A model generated the notes under the pieces. That model worked only from the letters and a program-made list of their open reading frames with translations. It ran no database searches and was not told the origin of the DNA. From contig ML992506.1 of the NCBI GenBank assembly GCA_010093995.1, forward strand, positions 1,037,196-1,101,195: a stretch of 64,000 nt of DNA, written 5' to 3'. Positions 62,717 through 64,000 of the stretch are shown here, one piece after another. The stretch comes from Elsinoe ampelina. Taxonomy: Eukaryota. The first letter of the stretch is position 1. Every line of letters begins with the position of its first letter. The translations under genes were made by a program, and so were the position numbers.

Positions 62717-64000
62717 CTACTTCTCAATATAGTAAGCCAAATCGCCCCCCTCCGTCTCCAACCTCGTCATCCCATTCCCCATAAACCTATACCTATTCCT
62801 CCCCCTGTAGACAATCTCAAAATCCTCCGGCCGCAACGCCCCAATCATCTGGTGATACCCGATCGCCGTCCCCGCCCACACGGCCGTCACCCTACCGTCG
62901 ACCCGGTGGTTCTTGTACCACGACCGACACCCGCCCGACCAGACCAGTGTCTGCATAATCTCGTCGGCGTAGGCGTTGAATTCTTCGACGCAGGCCTGTT
63001 TGGGGGAGACGGAGGCGATGGATTCTTCGGCCATCTTGCGGGTCCAGAGGCAGATGTAGTTTGCCGTCCATTGGAGTTGGGCCATGAGGGAGCCGTGGCC
63101 TACGGGCTGCGAGGAGGAGTTAGTCGGTCACACGCTGATGGCGTCTCGAAGGAACACAGTGTGATGCTGGGAGGGGACTCACTGAGTTGGGTCCGCCGAA
63201 CATGAAGTAGTTCGGGAATCCGCCGGCCATGACGCTGAGGTAGCTGAGGGGTTCGTCGGCCCATTCTTCTGCGAGGGTGCGGCCGTGTTTGCCGATGAGA
63301 GGCCACGGGGGCCGGTGGCTGACGTCGAAGCCGGTGGCGCAGACGAGGACATCGAAGGGGTGGTGTTCGCCGTCGGCTGTCACTACGCCGTCGGAGGTGA
63401 TCTTCTCGATGCCGGATGTCACGAGGCGTACGTCGTCGCGTGTGAAGGCTTCGAGGTACCCTGGTCCAGGGGTTGCTCTTCTGCAGCCGACTTCCCAGTC
63501 GGGTGTGAGTTTGGCGGCGAGTTCTTCGTCTCCGCCGAGGCGTTCTTTCATGAGTTTGGCTGTGTTGGCTCGGGCTCGTTCTTGGGCTTTGCTGCCTTTG
63601 CGGAACATTTGGTAGTTGACGTTACTTTCGTGCTGGATCTTCTTCCGGTGTTGCTTGAGGGCTTCTGGGTCGTCTCGGAAGCGCTGCCTCTCTTCTTCGC
63701 TGTAGACGTATTGCACTTTGCCACCGATGATGCCGAACCCGAGGCCAGGGGTGATATACGTTGGATGCCGCACGAAGTTCGTAAGCGACTCGACCTTGCC
63801 TACTAGTTGAGGAATGATCTGGATAGCGCTACTGCCATTGCCGATTACGCCGACCCGCTTGCCGGAGAAGTCGAAGTCGTGATCCCAGTCCGCTGAGTGC
63901 AACAGCTTACCTTTAAACGACTCCAGACCAGGAATGGTTGGCCATCTCCAATGACTCAAGAAGCCAGTCGCGGAAACGAGGATATCAGCGGTGTCGGAAA
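62717..64000 (-). CDS. Baeyer-Villiger/flavin-containing monooxygenase (5' end outside the window)
   Basis: FKGKLLHSADW (BVMO fingerprint FxGxxxHxxxW), GNGSSA, GCRR, ATGFD, GCRSWY; intron at ~63180-63108. Confidence 0.92.

Noticed and set aside
33210..64000. Secondary-metabolite cluster (laccase, BVMO, ALDHs)
   Set aside because: No PKS/NRPS/terpene backbone gene, and these enzymes are interspersed with housekeeping genes.

Overview
Intron-containing genomic DNA from a filamentous ascomycete, plausibly a Dothideomycete (inferred from RIP, short GT-AG introns with CTRAC branch sites, and gene content). Bases 1-~4540 are an AT-rich, RIP-eroded repeat block with a 149-N assembly gap. A minus-strand Ty1/Copia retrotransposon (gag knuckle, protease, integrase) is still readable there once RIP changes are reversed. 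The other ~59 kb is gene-dense, with about 27 genes: two paralogous GPI-like surface proteins, PNG1 lacking its catalytic Cys, WDR6/Trm734-like, GH10-CBM1 xylanase, two MFS transporters, phytase, MRPS8, a multicopper oxidase, an acid phosphatase, VIT1/CCC1, GPI14, a peroxiredoxin, TRAX, ALDH, BolA, SYM1, NPT1, syntaxin, SPT5, SSADH, Atg28-like, a BVMO and two conserved hypothetical proteins. Three observations stand out. (1) About 11 recurring ~1-kb domains where the + strand flips from C/A-rich to G/T-rich, overriding codon usage and in one case crossing a gene boundary. (2) A two-exon 131-aa gene, not recoverable as a single ORF in the track, that looks like a stripped-down Cu/Zn-SOD/CCS-domain-II fold. 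(3) A paralogous pair of surface-like proteins from a family I do not recognise. All gene models and compositional boundaries were read by eye; nothing was computed or searched.
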